From NCBI RefSeq assembly GCF_009914755.1, contig NC_060927.1: a stretch of 64,000 nt of DNA, one strand, 5' to 3'. Source of the DNA: the human T2T-CHM13v2.0 reference genome, Homo sapiens. Position 1 is the stretch's first letter; each line of letters opens with the position of its first letter. The notes below the pieces were generated by a model, which was not told where the DNA came from, ran no database searches, and saw only the letters and a list, made by a program, of their open reading frames with translations. Positions 40,489 to 62,721 of this stretch are shown piece by piece. The translations under genes and the position numbers were made by a program.

Positions 40489-41610
40489 TGACCTAAAGAT
40501 TATTTTTAATTGACAAAATTCTATATATTTATGGGGTACAATGTGATGTTTTGATATATGTTTACTTTGTGAAGTAAATCAAGATAATCAGCATATCCAT
40601 CACTCACTTCGTCGTGAGAACATTTAAAATCAATTCTCATCTATTTTCAAGACACAGTACATTATTATTAACTATAGTCACCAGACTGTACAATAGATCT
40701 CTAGGACCACTTCCTCCTGTCTAACGGAAGCTTTATGACCCTTGACCAACATCTTCCAATTCTCTGCCCCACCCCCAGCCCCTGGTAACTACCGTTGATT
40801 CTCTACGTCTATGAGTTTGACTTTAGATTCCACATGTAAGTGAGATCATGCAGTATATTTTTTTGTGTCTGGCATATTTCACATATTATGCTCCAGATTC
40901 ATCCATGTTGCAGATGACAGGATGTTTTAAGGCTGAATTGTATTCCATTGTGTATATATACTACATTTTCTTTCTCCATTCATCCACTCATGGGCATTGA
41001 GGTTGATGCCATGTCTTGGCTATTGTGGATAGTGCCGCAGTGAGTATGGGGTGCAGGTACCTCTTCAACACACTGATTTTATTGTCTTTGAAATACACTC
41101 AGAAATGGAATTGCTGGATCATATGGTAGTTCTATTTTTAATTTTTTGAGGAACCTGTATACTGTTTTCCTTCATGGCTGTGCTAATTCACATTCCCACC
41201 AACAGTGTACAGGGTTCCCCTTTCTCCACATTCAAGTCCTTTGCCTGCTTTTTAAATTGGGTTATGTTCTTGCTATTCGTTGTTTGAGCAGGAGACCATT
41301 TTTATAATCTTATATTGATAAGACATTTTTGCCCATAATAGGAAGCTCAGAAGCAATGAAAATATACCAAATTGACTCTACAGACATTTAAATCTTGTGT
41401 GCATGTGTGTGTCTATAGCAAAAGTTAGATGAAAATTTAAAAATTTAGATATGCATGCCCTTTTACCCAGAAATTTAACTTGTAGTAGGTGTGTCCAAGG
41501 GAAACAGTAGAACTAGGATAGATCAAGAGTTTTAATTGTTACATTATTTAGAGGTAAAAATAAATGGCCATCAGTAGGGAATTGGTTACAATACAGTATG
41601 CATTTTTTCA

Positions 41611-42049
<439 letters not shown>

Positions 42050-42118
42050 TTAAAAATATTTATGGTCGTGTATGAGAAAAAATAACTACTTAAAAGGTTG
42101 TTTCCACATATAAAGTAA

Positions 42119-42489
<371 letters not shown>

Positions 42490-43222
42490 TAGTGCTTTGG
42501 AAAAAAGTTAAGGTAGATCCTTACCTCATTCTTTACACCAAAATGAATTCCAGCTGTTAATAAAATATTTAGTTGCGAGTTCTTTTTTTTTTTTTTAAAT
42601 TTATTCCCATGGGTCTGGGAACCAATGAAATTAGTTGGTAGTTCTAATACTGTTTATTGAGTGATTTGCTCTTTTCCCTGTGGTTCAGAAATGCAACCTA
42701 CCACAGAGTCTCTTTGGATTTGATCTCTATTCCATGCTGGCTCTATTTGCCTTAATTAGCGTAGTTTTATCATTTGACAGGACCTGGCGCTCCTTATTCA
42801 CCTCTCTCCTTTAATTCTTTTCAAAAATTTCTAGGAATTTCTCACATTTTTGTCCCAAGGTAAATTTTGGATTTATTTTGTAATCTTTTAAAAAAGTATG
42901 GTTTTTACTTGTTGTTGCATTATATTTATAGATTAATTTAGGGACAGTTGCTTTCATTGCAAAAGACTTCCTGTCCCTTAGTCATATTTCGCATCTTTTC
43001 ACTTAGGTTTTGCGCATTGCTTATGTTTGTTCTTAGATACTGTATACCTTCCTTACTGCTGATGGGCCCGTTCTGAGGTATGCACTGTGTTTTGTTGGAG
43101 AACCATGTGCTTGCATTTCTTACGTGCACAGCACGGGGAACCTCATTCCACATCCAGGGTGGAATGTGACCCAGGTCAGTTGCATCAAACGAAAACTGTC
43201 CAGTGCCGTTAGTTTAACATGA

Positions 43223-43952
<730 letters not shown>

Positions 43953-44034
43953 TGAACTCCAGTTTTTGTTTGTTGTTTATTCCTAACATTTTATCCTTTG
44001 TTTCTTGGGTCACTTTGAAATTTTAGTACTTTGG

Positions 44035-44266
44035 GAGTAAAATAAATTGTGTATACCAATTGCATTTTTCCTTTTTTAGTTGATCAGTTTAGTGAAAGCA
44101 AGTGGGTAAAGAATGGTGGATTTAACTGTCATTTTATAAAATCTGTTTCTGAGTAAAATAAATTGTATATACCAAGTGCATTTTTCCTTTTTTAATTGAT
44201 TAGTTTAATGAAAGCAAGTGGATAAAGAATGGTGGATTTAACTGTCATTTTATAAAATCTGTTTCT
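44035..44266 (+). repeat. Tandem duplication, 2 x 116 bp
   Basis: Copies at 44035-44150 and 44151-44266 differ at 6 positions. Confidence 0.93.
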
Positions 44267-44528
44267 GGATAGTTCTTGGCCCACAGATATTAAAAAGGAA
44301 AGGTGAAGAACCAAGTTGTTTTTGTAGAGAAAAGATAACAGATATTTCTTGCTTTGTAAGTGGCATGACATGATAGTTAACAGCCCAGTTTCTGTAGTCA
44401 CGGTACCTACAATCAGGATCTTAGTTCTACCATATGCTAGTTAAGTGCCCTTGGGGAGGTAACAACCTCTCAAAGCTTCTAATGTCTCCATTTGATTGAC
44501 TGGTTGATTGATTGATTGATTGAGATGA

Positions 44529-44720
<192 letters not shown>

Positions 44721-45799
44721 TGAATTCTTGACCTCAGGTGATCCACCCGCCTTCCAAAGTGCTGGGATTACAGGCATGAGCCACCGCACCTGGCCCAGTG
44801 TCTCTATTTGTAAAGTAGGGATACTATCTTAACACCCAGGGAGGCTATAAGAACTAAATGAGACAGGCTAGTGCTTGTCTTATGAGTATTTTTTAACTGT
44901 TGTTTTACTTCTGGTCCCAGTGAGATAATGGTGTGTGTAAGTGAGACACTGTCATCTAGGGTTCTCCTTGAAGATCGTACCTTGAAGGGCATTTCTACCG
45001 AATAAGAAATCCATGTTTATCATCTGAAAATGAAAATAAAGATACAGATAAGAGGAAAATGTGTAATAATTTAGAATCTCCATCATTCTACCACCAGAAA
45101 TAACATTGTTAACAAGAGCACCATGATACTAGTTTGAAATTCACATCCATATCCCATTGTGGGGGACACTGCCTTCTTATTTGAGGAGCCTCAATCAAAG
45201 TTGTGGGGCCTAAAGTTTAATTTTTATTGTTGTTAGGGGTATTATTTTACAACGAAAAATAATTCTCAATGCAGTTTCTCAAATGGTGGGATTCCTTATC
45301 TTCCACTGGGCCCATTCCCCCATGTAGACACAAGGTTATGATTAGGTAACTGTAAGATGTGAAATAGTAAACACTAGAGGCAAGTATATGGTCTGTTCCT
45401 AGATTAGAAGCCCCAAATCTTTATCTGATACCCTGATGAAGTTGGAGCATGGGACTATCTTCCTGTCTACTGTATTTGCCCAAAGCCTAGAGCAGAATGG
45501 ACGTGAGAAAGGACCTCTTTTCTGTTTACTGTACCCTGACCTTTGCTCCTATGTTAAGCCTTGAAAATTGAGAGGTACTCTGGTGGGAGATTAACAGGAG
45601 GAAAAATAAATTGTTCACTTCTTTGTCTGTCTCTCCCCTCATAAAAGACAAAACACTTCATTCCCAAGACACTCTTATCATCTTTTCTATCCTGTTTATA
45701 TCAATGCATGGCAGAGGCCATTCTTGGAGTTACAAAGGGAGCTGGTTAAGATATGTGGCTAACAATCCTCATTTTTCCTGTCTTAACTCAGCAGACTTA

Positions 45800-46117
<318 letters not shown>

Positions 46118-46681
46118 TCACGAGGCTGAGGTAGGAGAATCACTTGAACCCAGGAGGGGTGGGTTGCAGTGAGCCGAAATCGCACCATTGCACTCCAGCC
46201 TGGGTGAAAAGAGCAAGGCTTTGTCTTAAAAAAAAAGAAAAAAGAAAAGAAAGAACGTCCTGGGTTTATTTCCTGGGGCTTTTCTAGGTTCAGTGGATCA
46301 TTCAGGGATATATATAAGCACATATACATGTTACTTACATTTACCTGAAGACTGTCCTATGGTGTGGCCAAAAAGCCACCTTTAAATTTTATTTCTCATC
46401 TTGGGAGGCTGGAGCGAAAGGATCACTTGAGGCCAGAAGTTCAAGACCAGCCTGAGCAACATAGCAAGACCCTCATCTTAAAAAAAAAAAATTAAAAAAT
46501 TAGCTGGGTGTGGTTTCACTTGCCTATAGTCCCAGCTAACTATCCAAGCAGGAGGATGGCTTGAGCCCAGGAGTTTGAGGCTGTAGTGAGCTATGATTGT
46601 GTTACTATGCCCCAGCTGGGATGATAGAAAGAGACCCCATCTCCAAAAAATTCTATTTACTGTCTTAAAATGTGCTTCACT

Positions 46682-47150
<469 letters not shown>

Positions 47151-47714
47151 TCACTAGCTGTTATCCAGTTGAGCTCACCTCACAGCGTTATTTGGTGTCA
47201 TGAGTATAATAACTTATCAAGATGTATGATATTGTCCCTTGCTGATACTAAAGTACATACCTTTACCAAATAATAGAGTCACAGTGATCTCATCAGTTAA
47301 TGCTAATTGTGATTTTAAAATAATAATTCTTTCAGTTACCAAAAGGATAGGCACATTTGACTATGTGATTAAGCCCTTTAGAAGTCACGCTTTAAGAGAA
47401 GGTTAAGCTGTGGGAAGCTGTTAGTATTTCCTTCTAGCTATCCATTCCTTCTCTAACAATGCTTCAGTAACTTAAAAATCTAATGTGAAATGATTCCTCA
47501 CAGTATGTCTCTCTAGATTGCATTGGTTAGAGCCTAATATATTTTATTTTTTACAAAAGACATAACTTTAAAAATATAGTATCAATATTATATAGTAATA
47601 TAGGTTAACCACTGTATGTGTTAAGTGCTGTGTATAGGTTAAGTGTTTGGAGAATGACTCTACTGAAAATGGCTTGTTTTTCCATCTTAACTTTTCTTTC
47701 TTCCTTTATTTAAG

Positions 47715-47820
47715 GATTCCTAGATGAGGTTATGAAGAAGTATGGCAGTTTGGTTCCACTCAGTGAAAAAGAAGTCCTTGGAAGATTAAAAGATGTCTTT
47801 AATGAAGACTTTTCTAATAG
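47715..47820 (+). CDS. SENP5: SENP5 exon 3 (106 nt), (G)FLDEVMKKYGSLVPLSEKEVLGRLKDVFNEDFSN(R)
   Basis: Polypyrimidine tract plus TAAG| acceptor, AG|GTATAT donor. Phases 1 and 2 match the neighbouring exons. Confidence 0.95.
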
Positions 47821-47972
47821 GTATATAAATGATGCTAAAGTTAAGCCCTTGAAAATAAAATTTTTGGCATATATGACTTTTCTCTTGATTTACAGAAGAA
47901 AAGATATTTAGCAGTAAATTGAGAAGTACTCATGTTTTTTTTACCTTTTGTTTCAAAATCTTTCTCTTTCAG

Positions 47973-48111
47973 AAAACCATTTATCAATAGGGAAATAACA
48001 AACTATCGGGCCAGACATCAAAAATGTAACTTCCGTATCTTCTATAATAAACACATGCTGGATATGGACGACCTGGCGACTCTGGATGGTCAGAACTGGC
48101 TGAATGACCAG
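47973..48111 (+). CDS. SENP5: SENP5 exon 4 (139 nt), KPFINREITNY...LATLDGQNWLNDQ, start of the Ulp1/peptidase C48 domain
   Basis: TTTCAG| acceptor, CAG|GTTAGT donor. WLND motif typical of Ulp/SENP proteases. Confidence 0.96.
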
Positions 48112-48413
48112 GTTAGTATATTGTAGTTTTTCAGTGTGGAGAAGTTGCAGAGGATGTTAGTCAATAAAATATAATCTCTAGTTTGGCTTCTCAGTTGTCT
48201 TTTGGAATAAGGATTCTTCATTCTTTACTGGTTACTTGCCCCAGGATCCAAACGGTTTGATTACTATTGGCAGTAATAATATATTATTTATTCTGATTGG
48301 GATGTACTGAATTGTATAGGGTTAGTAGCCTGGTTTTATTTATTTATTTTGTTTTTCTTTCTCCAACTTAACTGGCAGAGATAGTAAGCTGGTTTTATGT
48401 TGACTTTTTATAG

Positions 48414-48461
48414 GTCATTAATATGTATGGTGAGCTGATAATGGATGCAGTCCCAGACAAA
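48414..48461 (+). CDS. SENP5: SENP5 exon 5 (48 nt), VINMYGELIMDAVPDK
   Basis: TTTTTATAG| acceptor, AAA|GTAAGT donor, phase 0/0. Completes the WLNDQVIN motif. Confidence 0.95.
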
Positions 48462-48619
48462 GTAAGTGAAAACTTCCTCTTCTGCAGGAGAGAGTGTTCT
48501 TGTGTATTAAAATGAGTAGTTTTTTTGTTTTTACATTTGATGTAATTATCTGACATTCCTTAAATTTTTTAAAAGAAGAGTTCAATTTTTTCTTGATCAT
48601 GTACTGGGCTTGATCGTAA

Positions 48620-48917
<298 letters not shown>

Positions 48918-49017
48918 TGAGCCACAGCGCCTGGCCCCATCAAATCACTTCAGCATAAGAAAATCACTGTGCAATTGTTTTCCTATTTATTTGTGTTAGG
49001 GTAGGTATGTTTGTTGA

Positions 49018-49406
<389 letters not shown>

Positions 49407-49924
49407 TAACTTAAAATCTTGCTCTCTTTAAAAATGTAAAAAAAAACTCATCTTTCATTTTTCCTTAGATAAATCTTTGATACTCAGTTCAAATACAGAT
49501 TGAACCCTCATAAACTCTAAATTCTCTTAAGAGTTTTGTTACATATCAAAACTATTTTTTTACTTAATGTATTTTTCTGAGTACACAAATGCCTGATGGG
49601 TGCAAAAATTTCCAAGTGCTGTATAAAACTTACCAATCTAATAAAGTAACATAAATACTAAAAAGTCAGATTCTGATACCGTTTATGAATATAGAAAATG
49701 TTTTATGACTTTCCACTTAAATTATAAATCTGTTATACATTTATAAATTGGAATCATGAGGCTAATCTGCTAGATGCTCTATTGTCAAATTCTCTTAATC
49801 ATCAGAAAGTTTAAACAATATAGATTATCTTTAACATAAAAGTATTAATTTCAAGGGTTTCATTTACCACCATTGTACATTTAATTCTAAACATTCATGG
49901 AGTCAAAAGGACACTTAACTAAGG

Positions 49925-50111
49925 CAGTGGTTCTCAAAGCATGGTCCCCATACTAGCAGCATCAGTATCCCCTGAGAACTTACTAGAAATGCACATTCTG
50001 AGACTCCATCCCACACCTACTGAATCAGAAACTGGAGGTGGGGGACCACCGATTTGTGTTTTGACAAGCTCTCTAGATGATTCTGATGGACACCAATTTT
50101 GAGAATCACTG
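49925..50111 (+). mobile_element. MER5A-like hAT MITE; a second, inverted copy lies at about 50500-50690
   Basis: Terminal inverted repeats CAGTGGTTCTCAAA...TTTGAGAATCACTG, about 187 bp. Confidence 0.82.
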
Positions 50112-50169
50112 CTCTAGAGACAGCTACTATAAGCTCTTTCTTATTTATTTGTTTTTATTAAAATTATAA

Positions 50170-50337
<168 letters not shown>

Positions 50338-51581
50338 TAGTTTATTTTTATTTTTGGTAGAGCCAGGAGTCTTGCTATGTTGCCCAGGCTAGCTTGAGCT
50401 CTGGGCTTAGCTAAAGTAATCCTCTCACCTCTGCCTCTCAAAATTGCTGGGATTAGAAGTGTGAGCCACTATGTCTGGCAGCTCTTTCAGTCTGTATGTT
50501 AAGCTGCATGGTTATCAAAAGAATGTGCCTCAGAACCGTCTGAAAGGTTTATAAAACCAGATTACTGGGCCCTGCCTTCAGAGTTTCTGCTTTAATAGGT
50601 CTGGGATGAGGCCTGATAATTTGGATTTCTAACAAGTTCCTAGATGATGCTGACACTACTGGTCAGGTGACCACACTCTGAGAACCACAGTGCTAAGGGA
50701 ACAGTTTTATCACCTCAAGTTACTGAATGAGCACTTTAAGATCACAATATGTTTACCCTCTAAGATGAGCTGATATACCACTTACTTATAAGTCAGAAAT
50801 TCAAAGCCAAGGACGCAGGACCTGATACTCTGTACAGCCAGGGTAATTCTGTGGTACTAGAAATAATCATGCCAAGGCCTTTTTATGGTTACTGTAACAA
50901 CAGGAGTCTCTAAATCCACATCCTTCACATGGAGTTAGTTTTGTAATCCATCTCCCTTGAGTTCAAGGTAATTGTTACCTCATTTTTTCATAGCCTCTTT
51001 CAGCTTTTTCACCTGATTTAGAGAGATTTGTCAGGTTGCTTCTCTACTTGATTGGATTCAGGTAGTCTATTTACTGCCCCATTCCAAAGCTGACTATAGA
51101 CCACAGCTGTAAGGTCATTCCAATAAAACTTTGGAACAGCATTTTCTGTAAACCATGTAATGTATTTTCTATATTTTGATCATTATTATCATTATTATTA
51201 TTTTTTGAGACGGAGTTTTGCTCTGGTGCCCATGCTGGAGTGCAGTGATGTGATCTCAGCTCACTACAACCTCTGCCTCCCAGGTTCAAGAGATTCTCCT
51301 ACCTCAGCCTCCTGAGTAGCTGGGATTGCAGATGGGTGCCACCACGCCCGGCTAATTTTTGTATTTTTAGGAGAGACAGTGTCTCACCATGTTGGCCAGG
51401 CTGGCCTCGAACTCCTGACCCCAGATGATCCACTTGCCTCCTCAATCATTGTTTTTATGAAGAAATTTTTCCTTCCTTTTTGTCTGCTTTACATTCAAAC
51501 ATTTTAAAATTTCCTCTTTTGAAGTTAAATCTGGGCACAGCCTAATATAATCTGGTTGCTTGTGTTTGTTGTCTGTTCTAG

Positions 51582-51659
51582 GTTCACTTCTTCAACAGCT
51601 TTTTTCATAGACAGCTGGTAACCAAAGGATATAATGGAGTAAAAAGATGGACTAAAAAG
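51582..51659 (+). CDS. SENP5: SENP5 exon 6 (78 nt), VHFFNSFFHRQLVTKGYNGVKRWTKK
   Basis: TTCTAG| acceptor, AAG|GTATTC donor. FNSFF and VKRWTK motifs are conserved in C48 SUMO proteases. Confidence 0.95.
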
Positions 51660-52523
51660 GTATTCTCTTTATTTCTTTTTTATTCCAAATTTGAAACGCA
51701 GATGATAAACCACTTTGTGTGGAAGGATAAGTACTTTAATGCCAATACGATGTTAAGTAGAAACAGACTTTTTAATGTGACAAGTTTTAAATTTGTTTCT
51801 TTTAAATCTTATTGTTTGAAAGACCTTAATTGCCTACTGGTCCCAATTATAGTGGTAGAACAGTGGGATGATAAAGAAGGAGCTGCCATCATTTGGTGTT
51901 ATCTGGTAGGCTTGTCAGCAGACAGCAGAAGCTTTCAACAATTTTTTGCTGGTGCTGGGCACGGTGCCTCGCACCTGTTGTCCCAGCTACTTGGGATGCT
52001 GAGACCAGAGGATCACTTGAGCACAAGCATTTGAGGCCAGCTTGGGCAACATAGCCAGATCCTGTCTCTTAAAATGTTAACTGATCCATCAGGAGAAATA
52101 ACTTTTATATCACAATCTATTCATAAAATCTTATACATACATGTAATTGAAATAATTTCCAAAAACCATGTACCTAATTTACTATGTATGATGTACTCTA
52201 GTCAGAGAGTGGTAAGTGCTATTTGCTATGGAAACATCAGAACACAGTATGAGAATACAAGGTAACTGGGATAGGGTAGCAGGAGGAAGATGGGCTAGTT
52301 CTTTTAGATAGGCTTGTCAGCAAAGGCCTCTTTGAAGAGATCCCATTTCACTGAAAACTGTGAAGATCAGAGGAGCATTCCCAGTAGATGGAAGAGTGAA
52401 TGTTAAAGGCCCTGAAGCAGAAGTGAGTTTGGTATATTGGAGTATTACACACATGAGATCAGGGAAGGAGGCAGGGATCAAGTCATGTGGCGCCATATAG
52501 GCCCTGGTAAAGAGTTTGGATCA

Positions 52524-52872
<349 letters not shown>

Positions 52873-53282
52873 TTAGAGGGTTTAAGCAGCAGGCAAGGAG
52901 TGTGTATGAGTGTGTGTGTAAATGATAGATAGGATTGTCCTTAGCAACATTGATTCATTCATTCATCATTTATTTATTGATTTATTTTTTGAGATGGAGT
53001 CTTTCAGGCGCTATCTTCGCTCACTGCAACCTCTGCCTCCTGGGTTCAAGCGATTCTCCTGCTTCAGCCTCCTGTGCAGCTGGGATTACAGTCACCTGCC
53101 ACCGTACCCGGCTAATTCTTGTATTTTTAATAGAGACGGGATTTCACTATGTTGGCCAGGCTGGTCTCTAACTCCTGACCTCAGGCAGGTGATCTGCCCG
53201 CCTCAGCCTCCCAAAGTGTTGGGATTACAGGGTAAGCCACCGTGCCCGGCATTAAACATTTATTGAGTACCTGTTATGTGCC

Positions 53283-54366
<1,084 letters not shown>

Positions 54367-55692
54367 GTGCCAGACATTATAGTAAATCAAGAAATAAAGA
54401 GGTAAGTAAAACAATATTAGAGACAGTTTTTGCTTTCACAAAGTCTGCAGTCTAGTGGTGGAGACAGCACCTACCACAGTTTGTATTTATATTTTTGGTG
54501 GTGTAATTATTTGTTTAGTGGGTACAAAAGAAAAGTACTACAGGAGTGTATTGGAATGCAGGTTTGGTTAACCTAGCCTGAGGGTAAGGGAATGTTTCTC
54601 ATAGGAAGTAATATTTAAGCAGAAATATCAAAGATGAATACAAGTTAACTAGGTAAATGGAGAATAGGGGTATGTGAAACATAGGCAGAAGGAATAAGTA
54701 TCTGGTAGAAGAATGGGAAAAGGCTAGTGTAGCTGAAATGCAGAGAGTTAAGAAGACAGTGGCATGAAGTGTACCTGATCCACAGATCAGGGCCTTGAGG
54801 TTTGTATTTTGGATTTTATCCTAAATGTAATAGGAAACCATTGAATGGTTTTTAGTGACATTATCCACTTTGTAGTCTTTGTTCTAACAGTACTGAAGAA
54901 GATGGATGGGTATGGGAGCAAAGTTGATGTGGGCAGAACAGGAGACCATTTCAGATTCATGGTACTTTGAAGTAGAATGATAGCAGGAGAGATGGAAGAT
55001 GAGTGTGATGTAGGAAGTAAAATTAACAGGATTTGGTGATAAGTTGGTTATGGAGATGAAGGACAAGGAAGTGTGAAAGATGACTTCCAAGTATGTGACT
55101 TGTATGACTGGACGGCCTATGGTTGTATTTACATTAGAAAAATGTAGGACAACTAGTAGAGGATTGTTCAAATTTAAAATGTACAGTCATATAATTGGAT
55201 GCTACTTAAGCAGGAAAAGCTGTGTAGATAATGAACGATGGGCCGGGCACAGTGGCTCACATCAGTAATCCCAGCACTTTGAGGGGCCGAGGCAGGCGGA
55301 TCACGAGGTCAGGAGATAGAGACCATCCTGGCTAACACGGTGAAACCCCATCTCTATTAAAAATACAAAAAAATTAGCCGGGCGTGGTGACGGATGCCTG
55401 TAGTCCCACTTACTCAGGAGACTGAACCCAGGAGGCGGAGCTTGCAGTGAGCCAAGATCGCACCACTGCACTCCAGCCTGGGCGACAGAGAGACTCCGTC
55501 TCAAAAAAAAAAAAAAAAGATAATGGAAGATGCTTATATTCCATTTGGGGTGGGAAAAATTACAAGCAGTGTGGGCAAAAAATATACATTCATGGAAAAG
55601 TATCTGAATGATAAACATGAGAGTGAAAGAATAAAGTCAAATATGTGAGTTGTTTCATTAAATAATAAACTAAATTATTCCTTCCTCTAGAT

Positions 55693-55914
55693 CAGGGGTG
55701 TCCAATCTTTTGGCTTCCCTGAGCCTCACTGGAAGAAGAAGAGTTGTCTTGGGCCACACATAAAATACACCAACACTAACAATAGCTGATGAGCTAAAAC
55801 AAAAAAAATTGCAAAAAAGATCTCATAAAAGAAAGTCTACAAATTTGTGTTCGGCTGCATTCAGAGCCGTCCTGGGCTGCATGCTGCCCGTGGGCTGTGG
55901 ACTGGACAAGCTTG
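55693..55914 (+). mobile_element. MER30 hAT MITE
   Basis: CAGGGGTGTCCAA...TGGACAAGCTTG termini, 8-bp TSD CTCTAGAT/CTGTAGAT. Confidence 0.88.
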
Positions 55915-56350
55915 CTGTAGATCCTCTGAGATTGGGTTAAGTAAAAAAAAAAAAAACCCAGGTTTATGCTGAATATAAGAAGTATACATAAAATAATATG
56001 AAAAAGAAAGGTTGAAAATGAAGTGACATTTAAAGAGGCTGGGCGCTGTGTCTCACATCTGCAGTCTGAACACTTTGGGAGGCCTAAAATTACTGTAGAT
56101 GGGAGGATTGCTTGAGCCCAAGAGTTTCAAATCAGCCTAGGCAACCAAGCGAGACCCCGTTTCTATAAAAAATTTAAAAAACTTAGCTGGCCATGGTGGC
56201 AGCCTGTGGTCCCAGTTATCCAGAAGGCTGCGGTGGGAGGATCACTTGAGCCTGGGAGGTCGAGGCTGCAGTGAACCCTGATCACGCCACTGCACTCCTG
56301 CCTGGGTGACAGACTGAGACCTTGTCTCAATTTAAAACAAATAAAAAAGG

Positions 56351-60722
<4,372 letters not shown>

Positions 60723-60772
60723 AATTTTTTGAAAATTCAAGTTTTCATTAAAAGAAAAAATAAAAGGTACTA

Positions 60773-61048
<276 letters not shown>

Positions 61049-61689
61049 TTATCAGATTTCAATATAAAGGAGATATAATGACCAATCTTTATGCACCAAA
61101 GCACACAGTTGCTAAATATGTGTAATACAATTAAAACAGAAACAAGAGGACCTTGGTAAAATAGTGATAGTGGCAGACTTTTCTCATAAGTGGATAAATC
61201 TAGTAGACAATAAAGACATATACAAAAATTACAGTCAATATAATTGATTTAATAGATGTTTATGCTCCTTAAGAGAATATACATTTATTGCTATGGTTCA
61301 GGAATATTTGTAAAAATTGAACATGTACTTAGCCACAAAGAAAATTATTTTTTATTAGCCGGGCAAGGTGGCATTTGGGAGCCCGAGGCAGGTGAATCAT
61401 GGGGTCAGGAGTTCAAGACCAGCCTGGCCAAGATAGTGAAACCTCTTTTCTACTAAAAATCCAAGAAAATTAGCTGGGTGTGGTGGTGTGCGCCTGTAAT
61501 CCCAGCTATTCGGGAGGCTGAGGCAGAGAATTTCTTAAACCCAGGAGGCGGAGGTTGCAGTGAGCTGAGATCATGCCACTGCACTCCAGCCTGGGTGACA
61601 GAGTGAGACTCCATCTCAAAAAAAAAAAACAAAAAAAACTAGTAAGACCCTGAACTCAGTAGAAGACTCAGTGATGAAAAGGTTTATAA

Positions 61690-61978
<289 letters not shown>

Positions 61979-62613
61979 TGAGCCACTGTGCCTGGCCAAG
62001 AAAGGCTCTTAAACATATAAAAAGTTGCATAACTTCACAGTAAAAGAAAAGCAAATGAAAACCACACTGAGTGACAGATAAATGCAGTAAGTTAATCTTG
62101 ATTGGATCCTGGACTGGAAGAGATGCAATATTTTGGGTAAATTAGGGGAAATTTTAGTATAGACTAATATATTCAGGGGTCAGTGATCTTTTTCTGAAAG
62201 AGCCAGATAATAAATACTTTGGATTTTGCAGACCTTATGGTCTTTGATTTATCTACTGACCTGTTACAGCACAGAAGCAGATGTAGATAATACCCAAGTA
62301 ATGAGTGTGGCTGTGTTTCAATTAAACTTAATAAAAACTGGCAGTGGGCCATACTTGGTCATTCATGCATTAGATGATATTAGTAAACTGATGTTAAATA
62401 TCTTGTGTGTTCAGAGATAGTGAGATTGTGGTTATATAGGAGAAAACATCTAAAGTAGGTAGGGGTAAAATATTGTGATTGATGTCTCCCTCCAAAAAAA
62501 TTGTACAAGTATATGCAAAAAAATAAAAAGCCAGGCAAAGTGGTAGGTGCTTATAGTTCCAGCTACTCCGGAGGCTGAGGCAGGAGCATTACTTGAGCCC
62601 AGAGGTTTGCTTT

Positions 62614-62614
62614 A

Positions 62615-62662
<48 letters not shown>
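62614..62662. repeat. A19 run followed by (TA)15 microsatellite
   Basis: Read directly, at the end of a truncated Alu. Confidence 0.9.
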
Positions 62663-62666
<4 letters not shown>

Positions 62667-62721
62667 TACACACACATACATATGTGTGTGGGGAGGGGTT
62701 TTATAAGAATTGGTTAAGCTG

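Noticed and set aside
43037-43077. Possible 41-nt cryptic exon (TTCTTAG|...GAG|GTATGC) in intron 2
   Set aside because: Such splice-site pairs are frequent by chance, the region looks like decayed L1, and there is no transcript evidence here.
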